A DNA stretch of 64,000 nucleotides. Origin: an uncultured Solirubrobacteraceae bacterium. GTDB taxonomy: Bacteria > Actinomycetota > Thermoleophilia > Solirubrobacterales > Solirubrobacteraceae. The notes below the pieces were generated by a model. It saw only the letters and a list, made by a program, of their open reading frames with translations. It searched no databases and was not told the DNA's origin. The translations under genes were made by a program, and so were the position numbers. Of this stretch, positions 55,787-64,000 are shown piece after piece; the first letter of the stretch is position 1; every line of letters begins with the position of its first letter. The DNA lies in contig CAZPQW010000010.1 in assembly GCA_964588985.1 (NCBI GenBank), forward strand, positions 32,001 to 96,000, given 5' to 3'.

Positions 55787-56227
55787 ATGCCCGTGAATCC
55801 CAAAGCAATCGGCAAGACGTACGACCCGGTGGTGTACGCGGTCGGCCGGGAGAAGATCAAGGAGTACGCCCGTGCGGTCGGCGAGACCAACCAGGTCCAC
55901 CTCGACGTCGACGCCGCCCGCGCGGCCGGCTTCGAGGATGTCGTCGCGCCGCCGATGTTCGCGGTCGTCTACAGCGCGCCCTCCGTGGGGCCTCCGATCT
56001 TCGACCCCGAGATCGAGCTCAACTTCGCGATGATGGTCCACGGTGGCCAGGAGTTCGTGTGGGGCCCGCCGGTCGTGGCTGGCGACGAGATCACGACCAC
56101 CGCGAGCGTGAAGGACATCTCCGAAGCGGACGGTCGCGGCTACTACGTGTTCGAATCGATCTCCACCAACCAGCGCGGCGAGCAGGTGTGCCGCGGAACG
56201 TGGACGAACATCGTCCGAGGAGTGTGA
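55787..56227 (+). CDS. MaoC-like dehydratase subunit (HadA-like)
   Basis: VGREKIKEYARAVG; APPMF; VHGGQEF. Confidence 0.88.
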   Translation: MPVNPKAIGKTYDPVVYAVGREKIKEYARAVGETNQVHLDVDAARAAGFEDVVAPPMFAVVYSAPSVGPPIFDPEIELNFAMMVHGGQEFVWGPPVVAGDEITTTASVKDISEADGRGYYVFESISTNQRGEQVCRGTWTNIVRGV

Positions 56228-56233
56228 TCTGAG

Positions 56234-56623
56234 ATGGCAGAGCTTCAGACCGGAGAGCAGATCCCTGAGGTGCGGATCACGCCCGACAGGTTCCTCACCG
56301 TTCGCTACGCGGGCGCCTCTGGCGACTTCAACCCGATCCACATCGACGAGGAGTTCGCCAAATCGGTGGGCCTGCCGGGGCGAATCCTGCACGGCCTGTG
56401 GACGATGGCGCAGGTCGCGCGCGCGCAGACGGAGGCGGCTGGAGGGCCGACGCACCTCAAGCGCCTGGCGGTCCAGTTCCGCGGCATGGGCGTGCCCGAG
56501 CAGGAGGTCGTAGTGACGGGCACGGTGCGCGAGATGGCCGATGGGCGCGCGATCGTCGACACGGTCGCCGAGCAGGGCGGCAAGCAGATCATTCGCAACG
56601 CCGAGGCCGAGCTCGAGCTCTAG
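56234..56623 (+). CDS. MaoC-like dehydratase catalytic subunit (HadB-like)
   Basis: YAGASGDFNPIH; ILHG. Confidence 0.9.
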   Translation: MAELQTGEQIPEVRITPDRFLTVRYAGASGDFNPIHIDEEFAKSVGLPGRILHGLWTMAQVARAQTEAAGGPTHLKRLAVQFRGMGVPEQEVVVTGTVREMADGRAIVDTVAEQGGKQIIRNAEAELEL

Positions 56624-56669
56624 TCCACGGGTCGCGGTGGGCGTCAGCCCGACGCCTACAATCAACGCC

Positions 56670-57698
56670 ATGCTCACCTCTCGCCAGGAGCGGATTCTGT
56701 GCAAGGTCGTCGACGACTACCTGCGTACGGGCCAGCCCGTCGCGTCGCGCACGATCGCGTCGGACCCTGAGTTTGAGTGCGGGCCCTCGACCGTGAGAAA
56801 CGAACTCGCGCTGCTCGAGGAGCACGGCCTGCTCGCGCACCCTCACGTCTCCGCGGGACGGGTGCCGACGGACGCCGGCCAGCGCTACCTGGTCGACCGC
56901 ATGCTGCGCTCGGAGCAGTCGCTGCCAGCTCCCCACGGACGGCTGGAGCTGTCGCTGATCCGCCGCGAGATCGACGAGGCGATGCGCACCACAACCGAGA
57001 CGCTGTCGCAGATGACGAACCTGCTCGCGGTCGTCTCCGCGCCGTCGCTGAACACCGCGACCATTCGCCACATCGAGGTGCTCGCCCTGCAGCCGCAGCT
57101 TGTGCTCGTCGTCGTCATCACCTCCACGGGCGCGGTCTCGAAGATGCTCGCGACGTTCGATCGCGCAGTCGACCCGGGGCTCGTGTCGTGGGCCGGCGAG
57201 TACCTCAACGAGCGGTTGATCGGCCTCGGGCTCGGCGCGCGCATGCTCCACCAGCGCCTAATCGACCCGACCCTCTCCGCGCGCGAGCTCGACTTCCTCG
57301 CGCGCTTCGCGCCCGCGTTCGGCGAGCTGGCCTCGGAGGACGGCGACACGCTTTACGTGGAGGGCGCCGCAAAGCTCCTCGAGGCGGGCCAGATCGACGA
57401 CACCGGCCAGGTCAACGAGCTGATCGGGTTGCTCGAGCGGCGCGTGGCGCTCCTGCAGGTGCTGCGCACCGCGCTCGGCGAGTCCGGCGTGTATGTGCGG
57501 ATCGGACGCGAGAACGAGCTGCCCGCCCTGCACTCGCTCGCGGTCGTCGCCACCGGCTATGGGATGGCCCAGCGCAAGCTCGGCACCGTGTCGGTGATCG
57601 GGCCCGTGAGGATGGATTACGCCGGCGCGATCGCCACCGTGCGTGAGGCCGCGTTCGAGCTTTCGCGCTTCGTCGAGAACACCTACGCCGAGAACTAG
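56670..57698 (+). CDS. hrcA: Heat-inducible transcription repressor
   Basis: PVASR; STVRNE; [10 protein letters not shown]; IGPVRMDY; TACAAT 7 nt before ATG. Confidence 0.95.
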   Translation: MLTSRQERILCKVVDDYLRTGQPVASRTIASDPEFECGPSTVRNELALLEEHGLLAHPHVSAGRVPTDAGQRYLVDRMLRSEQSLPAPHGRLELSLIRREIDEAMRTTTETLSQMTNLLAVVSAPSLNTATIRHIEVLALQPQLVLVVVITSTGAVSKMLATFDRAVDPGLVSWAGEYLNERLIGLGLGARMLHQRLIDPTLSARELDFLARFAPAFGELASEDGDTLYVEGAAKLLEAGQIDDTGQVNELIGLLERRVALLQVLRTALGESGVYVRIGRENELPALHSLAVVATGYGMAQRKLGTVSVIGPVRMDYAGAIATVREAAFELSRFVENTYAEN

Positions 57699-57705
57699 TC
57701 GAGCG

Positions 57706-58815
57706 ATGCCCCGCGACCCCTACGAGGTGCTCGGCGTCGAGCGCGACGCCTCCGAGCAGCAGGTCAAGAAGGCGTTTCGCGGGCTCGCCCGCGAGCTGCA
57801 CCCGGACGTCAACGCGCACGATCCGGACGCCGAGGAGAAGTTCAAGGAGGCCGCGGAGGCCTACGAGATCCTCTCCGACGCCGAGCGCCGCGCCACCTAT
57901 GACCGCTACGGCCACGACGGGCTGCGCTCCGGCGGCTACGCCCCCAACTTCGAGGGCTTCGGGTCGATCAACGACCTGTTCAACGCGTTCTTCGGCGGTG
58001 GCCAGGCCGCGGGGCCGGCGCAGGGCGGAGACCTCGCGGTTGGGATTGAGATCGACCTGATCGAAGCGGCGCACGGCGCGAAGGTGCCCCTCGCCTACGA
58101 GGTGGTGGAGCGCTGCGAGCACTGCCACGGCAACGGCGCCGAGCCGGGCACGCCGATCGAGACGTGCGAGCGCTGCGGCGGTGCGGGCCAGCTGCAGGGC
58201 GTCACGCGCACTCCCTTCGGCCAGATGGTGCGGACGATGGTCTGCGACGTCTGCCACGGCGAGGGTCGCGTGCCCAAGGAGCCCTGCAAGGAGTGCCGTG
58301 GCCGTGGGCGCGTGGCGGGCAAGCGCGAGCTCGACGTGGATGTCCCGGCGGGGATCGCCGACGGGCAGCGCATCCGTCTCAGCGGCCAGGCTCACGCCGG
58401 CGAGGCGGGCGCCCAGGCGGGAGACCTGTATGTGATGGTGAGCGTGAGGGAAGACGAGCGGTTCGTGCGCGAGGGTGACGATCTGATCACCGCGCTCGAC
58501 GTGGCCGCGCCGCTCGCGGCGCTCGGCAGCACGCTGGAGATCCCCACACTCGAGGGCACCGGCACGGTCGAGCTGCCCGCCGGCACACAGCCCGGCGAGG
58601 TGCTCACGCTGCGCGGTGAGGGGGTGCCGTCGCTGCGGCGCGGCCGGCATGGGGACCTGCGCGTGGTCGTCAACGTCGTCATCCCCCGGCGGTTGAGCGC
58701 CGAGCAGCGCGGACTGCTGGAGCAGCTCAACGACAGCCTCACCGAGGAGAACCTGCGCTCGCAGGAGTCGATGTTCGCGAAGCTGCGCCGGGCGCTGGGC
58801 AGCCAGGCGGCGTGA
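57706..58815 (+). CDS. dnaJ: Molecular chaperone DnaJ
   Basis: HPD J-domain; four CxxCxGxG repeats. Confidence 0.97.
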   Translation: MPRDPYEVLGVERDASEQQVKKAFRGLARELHPDVNAHDPDAEEKFKEAAEAYEILSDAERRATYDRYGHDGLRSGGYAPNFEGFGSINDLFNAFFGGGQAAGPAQGGDLAVGIEIDLIEAAHGAKVPLAYEVVERCEHCHGNGAEPGTPIETCERCGGAGQLQGVTRTPFGQMVRTMVCDVCHGEGRVPKEPCKECRGRGRVAGKRELDVDVPAGIADGQRIRLSGQAHAGEAGAQAGDLYVMVSVREDERFVREGDDLITALDVAAPLAALGSTLEIPTLEGTGTVELPAGTQPGEVLTLRGEGVPSLRRGRHGDLRVVVNVVIPRRLSAEQRGLLEQLNDSLTEENLRSQESMFAKLRRALGSQAA

Positions 58816-59708
58816 TCCGCCTCGCGGTTCGAGTCCCGCGCGAGCAGGCGGAGCTCGTGCTGGCGGAGCTGCTCGAGCTCGCCCCGGCGGGCGTGGAGGA
58901 GGTCGACGCGGGGGAGGGGACGGTCGAGTACGCCGTCTACGGTGCGCCCGGGGAGCTCCCCGGGCTCCCCGACCTCGACGCTGCGGTCGGCGACGCGGTG
59001 GTGGAGATCTCCACGAGTGAGATCGCGGATGACTGGCAGGAGCGCTGGAAGCAGTTCCACCGTCCGATCCTCATCCCGGCACCCACCCCGGCTCAGGGCG
59101 ATGGTCGCGAGCTCCCCGCGCTGCACGTGCGCCCGCCGTGGGAAGCGCCCAGCGATCTACCCGCCGGCGAGGTGCGCGAGATCGTGATCGATCCCGGACA
59201 GGCGTTCGGCACCGGCGCGCACGCCAGCACTCGCATGTGTCTCGAGCTGCTGCTCGAGCTTGCCGCGCAGGAGCCCCCGGTGGGTCCGCTGATCGACGTC
59301 GGCACCGGCTCGGGAGTCCTCGCGATCGCGGGGGCGGCGCTCGGCTTCGACCCCGTGCTCGGCCTCGACCACGAGCAGGAGAGCGTGCACGCCGCGGCGG
59401 AGAACGCAACCGTCAACGGCGTGGAGATAGAGGTGCGCCGCTTCGACCTGCGCACGCAGCCGCTGCCTTGGCTGGACGGCCCAGGCCGGCTGGACGCGCC
59501 GCTGGTGATGCTCGCGAACCTGCTGCGCCCGCTGCTGCTCGAGCTCGCCCAAACGATGCCCGCCGCACCCGCGCATCTGCTCGCGAGCGGCCTGCTCGTC
59601 GAGGAGGTCGACGAGATCGTCGACGCCTTCTCGGGACGTCTCGGCCTGAGCGAGCGCGAGCGGCGCACCAGCGGCGAGTGGGCCGCCGTCTGGCTCAGCG
59701 CCAGCTGA
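58812..59708 (+). CDS. prmA: Ribosomal protein L11 methyltransferase
   Basis: [15 protein letters not shown]; DVGTGSG; ANL; SG. Confidence 0.93.
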   Translation: MIRLAVRVPREQAELVLAELLELAPAGVEEVDAGEGTVEYAVYGAPGELPGLPDLDAAVGDAVVEISTSEIADDWQERWKQFHRPILIPAPTPAQGDGRELPALHVRPPWEAPSDLPAGEVREIVIDPGQAFGTGAHASTRMCLELLLELAAQEPPVGPLIDVGTGSGVLAIAGAALGFDPVLGLDHEQESVHAAAENATVNGVEIEVRRFDLRTQPLPWLDGPGRLDAPLVMLANLLRPLLLELAQTMPAAPAHLLASGLLVEEVDEIVDAFSGRLGLSERERRTSGEWAAVWLSAS

Positions 59709-59717
59709 AGCTAGAAG

Positions 59718-60851
59718 CTAAGCCGGGTCTGGGATCTCGGTGGCGGCGCGGACGATCGCGCGATACAGCAGGTCGATCGCCGGACGCACACCGGCCGGAT
59801 CACCGAGCAGCGTGTTGGCGGCGCTCAGCGCGAAGCCGATCGTCTCGAGCGCCTCGCCGTCGCTGCCGGGCTCGGGATCGCGGCACGCGGCGATCGCCAG
59901 TTCGAGCATCCCCCGCGCCTGCTCGACGACGCCGCTGAACAGCGCCGGCCCGACGAGGCTCCCGTATCCGTACACCCGCGCGAGGCGGCCGGAGAGCTGG
60001 ATCTGCGCGCCCCGTCGCGGAGCGCTCACCGGCGGCAGGCCGTGCCCGTCGATCAGCGAGGCCATCGTGCCTCCGAGAACGGCCCTTGTCGCGGCCTCGT
60101 CGAGCCCCGCCTGCTTGGCGACGCGCAGCGCCATGTAGAGGGTCGTCGCGGGGAGCCCATAGGGCGGATCGGACGCGAACACGATCCGCTCGGCGGGCAC
60201 GCGCGCGAACAGCTCCACCACGTCGAGCGGGAAGAAGCACGAGATGTCGTAGAGCACGCCCGGGTGCTCGGCCAGGCGCGAGGTGAGGATCCCCTGGTCG
60301 CAGATCGCGCCGTGAGCGAGGATCAGCACCGCGCCCGGGTGGCGCAGCGCGAGGCTCGCGAGCCCGTCCGCGATCGGTGGCATGCCGCGTCCGGCGTGGA
60401 TCAGGATCGGCACGCCCGCGGATTCGGCGAGCGCGAACACGCCCTCCATCTCGGGGCTCTCGAACGTGAAGCTCTGGGCGCGCGGATGGAGCTTGATCCC
60501 GCGCGCGCCCGCGGACAGGGCGCGTTCGGCCTCCGCGATCGGGTCTTCCGCCGGGTCCAGGCGGCAGAACGGGATCAGACGGCCGTTGCTTTCGGTGCTC
60601 CACTCCAGCACGCGGTCGTTGGGGAGGCTGTAAGAGGGCTTGCGCTCGGGGTCGTGCAGCGGGAACACGCACGCGCGGCGCGCATCCGCGGCGTCCAGCT
60701 GCGAGAGCAGCTCGGACAGGCTCAACGAGCGTCCGTCCTCGTCGAGGCCGAGGTGCGTGTGCGCGTCGATCACTTCCGCATCCGCCGGGCGCAACTGCGC
60801 TGTCTCGGCGAGGAACGGCGCGAGCGCTCGGTCGTAGAGGGAGTCGTTCAC
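59718..60851 (-). CDS. Amidohydrolase family protein
   Basis: IDAHTH; GIKLHP; IHAG; LAHG; FASDPPY. Start set at GTG 60851. Confidence 0.88.
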   Translation of the reverse strand: MNDSLYDRALAPFLAETAQLRPADAEVIDAHTHLGLDEDGRSLSLSELLSQLDAADARRACVFPLHDPERKPSYSLPNDRVLEWSTESNGRLIPFCRLDPAEDPIAEAERALSAGARGIKLHPRAQSFTFESPEMEGVFALAESAGVPILIHAGRGMPPIADGLASLALRHPGAVLILAHGAICDQGILTSRLAEHPGVLYDISCFFPLDVVELFARVPAERIVFASDPPYGLPATTLYMALRVAKQAGLDEAATRAVLGGTMASLIDGHGLPPVSAPRRGAQIQLSGRLARVYGYGSLVGPALFSGVVEQARGMLELAIAACRDPEPGSDGEALETIGFALSAANTLLGDPAGVRPAIDLLYRAIVRAATEIPDPA

Positions 60852-60874
60852 GGCCTGCAGCCTATTGTGTAGGC
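60852..60874. promoter_or_regulatory. Candidate bidirectional leaderless promoter
   Basis: Plus TATTGT (60863-68) 6 nt before GTG 60875; minus TAGGCT (60864-59) 7 nt before GTG 60851. Confidence 0.6.
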
Positions 60875-62173
60875 GTGGCTTGGCAAGTCGTGATCGCAGG
60901 CGGTGGCTTCGGTGGTTTCTACGCGGCACATGCTCTCGAGCGCCTGCTGCCGGCGCAGAGCGCGCGCGTGACGCTCGTCAACGAGGCCAACTTCCTGCTC
61001 TACACGCCGCTCCTGCCTGGCGCCGCGGGCGCCACCCTCGACCCTCGCCACGTGGTCGTCCCGCTGCGCTCTCAGTTGCGCCGCACCGATCTCGTGATCG
61101 GGCGGGTGACCGGCGCCGATCCGGGTCGCGGCACGCTCGCGGTGAAGCGCATCGACGGCGAGCCGGTCGAGCTCGCCTACGACCAGCTGATCGTGGCGCT
61201 CGGCTCTGTCTCGCGCACGCTCCCGATCCCGGGTCTCGCCGAGCGCGCGATCGGATTGAAGTCTCTGTCGGACGCGACCGCGCTGCGCAACCAGGTGCTC
61301 ACCTGCCTGGACATCGCCGAGTCGATCGAAGACCCGGCGCGGCGGGCGGAGTACCTCGGCTTCGTGTTCGTCGGTGCTGGTTATGCCGGCGTGGAGGGGC
61401 TGGCCGAGCTGCAGGACTTCGCCGCTCAGGCGATCGAGCTGTATCCGCGCTGCCGCGCGCAGGGCATGCGCTGGGTGCTCGTGGAGGCGCGCGAGCGGAT
61501 CATGCAGGAGGTGCCGGTGAGCCTGTCCGCGTTCGCCGAACGCGAGCTGCGCGCACGCGGGATCGAGGTGCGCACGAACACCACGCTGGTCGAGGTGGGG
61601 GAGCGCGCGGCCACGCTCTCCGGCGCGGAGACGATCCCGGCGCGTACGGTCGTGTGGACGGCCGGTGTGAAGCCGAGCCCCGCGGTGGCGGCGCTCGGTC
61701 TGCCGCTCGACCCTCAGGGACGCGTGGTCGTGGATCGCACCATGCGCGTCTCCGACACCGCGCCCGGCGTCGGCGCAAGCGTGTGGGCGATCGGCGACTG
61801 CGCCGCGGTGCCCGACGCCTCGCGCGCCGGATCGTCCTGTCCGCCCACCGCGCAGCATGCGATCCGCCAGGGACGGCTGGTGGCGCGCAACGTCGCCGCG
61901 ACGCTCGCCGGAGGTACCCCGCGACCGTTCCGCTACCGCACCAAAGGGGTCGTGGCCGAGCTGGGGCGCAATCAGGCGGTCGCGATCACGCTGGGCATTC
62001 GCTGGCGCGGATTGCCGGCGTGGTTCATCGCTCGTACCTACCACCTGCTGCTGATGCCGGGCTTCGGACGGCGGCTGCGTCTGCTGGCCGATTGGAACGT
62101 CGCGCTGCTGTTCGGCCGCGACGCGTCCTCGCCGGGCCGGCTCGGCAGCGCGACGCCGCTCAACGACGATTGA
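60875..62173 (+). CDS. ndh: Type II NADH:quinone oxidoreductase family protein
   Basis: GGGFGG; YTPLL; GAGYAGVE; WTAG; AIGDCA; PPTAQHA. Confidence 0.9.
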   Translation: MAWQVVIAGGGFGGFYAAHALERLLPAQSARVTLVNEANFLLYTPLLPGAAGATLDPRHVVVPLRSQLRRTDLVIGRVTGADPGRGTLAVKRIDGEPVELAYDQLIVALGSVSRTLPIPGLAERAIGLKSLSDATALRNQVLTCLDIAESIEDPARRAEYLGFVFVGAGYAGVEGLAELQDFAAQAIELYPRCRAQGMRWVLVEARERIMQEVPVSLSAFAERELRARGIEVRTNTTLVEVGERAATLSGAETIPARTVVWTAGVKPSPAVAALGLPLDPQGRVVVDRTMRVSDTAPGVGASVWAIGDCAAVPDASRAGSSCPPTAQHAIRQGRLVARNVAATLAGGTPRPFRYRTKGVVAELGRNQAVAITLGIRWRGLPAWFIARTYHLLLMPGFGRRLRLLADWNVALLFGRDASSPGRLGSATPLNDD

Positions 62174-62213
62174 TAACGACCGCTTCTTCAGAGCTGCGTA
62201 TCCTGATCTGAGG

Positions 62214-62645
62214 ATGGCAATACTCGAACAGATCAAAACCGACCTGCACGGCGCGATGCGCGCCGGTGAAAAGGATCGGGTGGGGGCCCTGCGGCTCGTG
62301 CTCTCCGAGCTGCAGAAGGCCGTCAAGGAGGGGGCGGACGACGAGCTGGCGGTTCTGCGCCGCGAGCGCAAGCGCCGCCTGGAGGCCGCGAAGGCCTACC
62401 GCGACGCGGGACGCGAGGATCTCGCCGACGGGGAGGAGGCCGAGGGCGAGCTGATCGGCGGGTATCTCCCGGCGGAGCTCTCCGACGAGGATCTCGCGGC
62501 GATCGTCGAGCAGGCGGTTCGCGACAGCGGAGCGTCTTCGGCGAAGGAGATGGGCACGGCGATGAAGCAGGCGATGGCGGCGGTCGACGGTCGAGCCGAC
62601 GGCAAGCGGGTCTCGGCGCTGGTGCGCGCCGCGCTTGAAGGATGA
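62214..62645 (+). CDS. yqeY: GatB/YqeY domain protein
   Basis: AMRA; KRRLEA..Y..AGREDLA; YLP; GRADGK. Confidence 0.9.
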   Translation: MAILEQIKTDLHGAMRAGEKDRVGALRLVLSELQKAVKEGADDELAVLRRERKRRLEAAKAYRDAGREDLADGEEAEGELIGGYLPAELSDEDLAAIVEQAVRDSGASSAKEMGTAMKQAMAAVDGRADGKRVSALVRAALEG

Positions 62646-63649
62646 GGACGCAGATCGAGCTCTCGAACGAAGTCGCGGCCGAGCTGGCCGGCAGCCAGGA
62701 CACGGTCCTGCGCGCGCTGGAGGCGCATCTCGATTGCAAGGTTTTCCTGCGCGGCAACCTGTTGACGTTCGACGGCGATGAGAGCGAGACGAACGCCGGG
62801 GAGCGCGTCGTGCGCGAGCTCGCCGACCTGATCGCCCGCGGCCACCAGATCGGCCCAGGGACGATCACCGCGGTGACTGGTGCGCTGGACGCGCACGAGT
62901 CGCCAGCGCGCGTGCTCGAGGACGTCGTGTGGAGCCACCGCGGGCTGCGGGTCGCGCCCAAGACCGTCAACCAGAAGCGCTACGTCGACTCCGTACGCAA
63001 CAACACCATCACCTTCGGCGTCGGTCCGGCCGGCACCGGCAAGACGTTCCTCGCGGTGGCGATGGCCGCCGCCGCGCTGTCGCGCCACGAGGTCAACCGA
63101 ATCATCCTCACGCGCCCCGCGGTCGAGGCGGGTGAGCGTCTGGGGTTCCTTCCGGGCGATCTGATGGCGAAGGTCGACCCGTACCTGCGACCGCTGTTCG
63201 ACGCGCTGCACGACATGCTCGACCCCGAGAAGGTCTCCCAGCACATCGAGCGCGGCGTGATCGAGATCGCCCCGCTCGCGTTCATGCGCGGGCGCACGCT
63301 CAACGACTCGTTCGTGATCCTCGACGAGGCGCAGAACACCACGCCCGAGCAGATGAAGATGTTCCTCACGCGCCTCGGCTTCGGCTCGCGGATGGTCGTC
63401 ACGGGCGACGTCACCCAGGTGGACCTTCCGCGCGAGCAGCAGTCCGGGCTGATCGTCGTCGGAGACATCCTCGACGAGGTCGAGGGGATCGAGTTCGTGC
63501 GCTTCGGCGGCGAGGACGTGGTGCGCCACAAGCTCGTCCAGCGCATCGTGGCGGCATACGACTCCCACACCCGGGACCCGATCCCCGCTCGCCCGCAGGA
63601 CGCCGCGGCCTCGCAGGCGACGGGCCGCCCGTCGATTCGCAGTGCCTGA
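62642..63649 (+). CDS. phoH: PhoH-like protein
   Basis: GPAGTGKT; TRPAVEAGERLGFLPG; RGRTL; DEAQN. Confidence 0.95.
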   Translation: MRTQIELSNEVAAELAGSQDTVLRALEAHLDCKVFLRGNLLTFDGDESETNAGERVVRELADLIARGHQIGPGTITAVTGALDAHESPARVLEDVVWSHRGLRVAPKTVNQKRYVDSVRNNTITFGVGPAGTGKTFLAVAMAAAALSRHEVNRIILTRPAVEAGERLGFLPGDLMAKVDPYLRPLFDALHDMLDPEKVSQHIERGVIEIAPLAFMRGRTLNDSFVILDEAQNTTPEQMKMFLTRLGFGSRMVVTGDVTQVDLPREQQSGLIVVGDILDEVEGIEFVRFGGEDVVRHKLVQRIVAAYDSHTRDPIPARPQDAAASQATGRPSIRSA

Positions 63650-63655
63650 GCTTCG

Positions 63656-64000
63656 ATGATCGACGTCGAGGTGTTCGGTGCGGAGACGCTCCAAGTCGAG
63701 CTGTCGCCGACCGAGGTGATCAGGCTGTGCGCTCGCACCGCCGCGCGCGTTGGCATCGAGGACGGTCACGTGGCGGTGGAGTTCGTTGACGCCGCTCGGA
63801 TCGCCGGGCTCAACGCCGAGCACCGTGCTCGCGCCACGCCGACCGACGTGCTCTCGTTTCCGATCGACGGGGTCGATCCCACGCCGGGCGGAGGGGCGCC
63901 GCGCGAGCTGGGGGACATCGTGATCTGCCCGGAGCACACGATCGACCTGCGCGAGGCGGTCGTCCACGGCATGCTCCACCTGCTGGGCATGGACCACGAG
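63656..64000 (+). CDS. ybeY: rRNA maturation RNase YbeY, runs off window end
   Basis: Manual translation: PTDVLSFP; LGDIVIC; HGMLHLLGMDH. Confidence 0.93.
   Translation, partial: MIDVEVFGAETLQVELSPTEVIRLCARTAARVGIEDGHVAVEFVDAARIAGLNAEHRARATPTDVLSFPIDGVDPTPGGGAPRELGDIVICPEHTIDLREAVVHGMLHLLGMDHE

Overview
High-GC (about 70%) actinobacterial chromosome segment. The gene repertoire (hrcA-dnaJ-prmA, TetR-wHTH regulator, sigma28-like promoters, many apparently leaderless genes) suggests Thermoleophilia/Solirubrobacterales; this is inference only. From left to right: (1) 1-7.5 kb accessory region with an AbiEi/AbiEii type IV TA pair, TA remnants, a VirD4/TraD-like ATPase plus replication-relaxation-like nuclease and an AAA ATPase; (2) a Rox-like FAD monooxygenase behind an RAE-like palindrome; (3) a two-component system followed by an ApbE flavinylation/ferric-reductase/ferredoxin operon with small membrane proteins carrying repeated T-x-x-S-G motifs; (4) two P-type ATPases, an S53 protease, MMPL, a LipJ-like cyclase and metabolic genes; (5) a c-di-GMP cluster (EAL-HDOD, GAF-ANTAR, GGDEF) and a DUF3494 ice-binding protein paired with an L,D-transpeptidase; (6) a decayed TA/defence islet at tRNA-Leu with an intact ART-like + MerR-HTH pair; (7) tRNA-Leu(CAG) and tRNA-Glu(CTC); (8) a coupled operon of membrane GGDEF-EAL, alpha-oxoamine synthase and MFS, which is the best candidate for an undescribed signalling system; (9) a second VirD4-like module with pseudo-response regulator and SSB; (10) housekeeping MaoC pair, hrcA, dnaJ, prmA, ndh, yqeY, phoH, ybeY. 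No CRISPR array, rRNA, integrase or transposase was seen. All family calls are from motif recognition by eye, not database searches.
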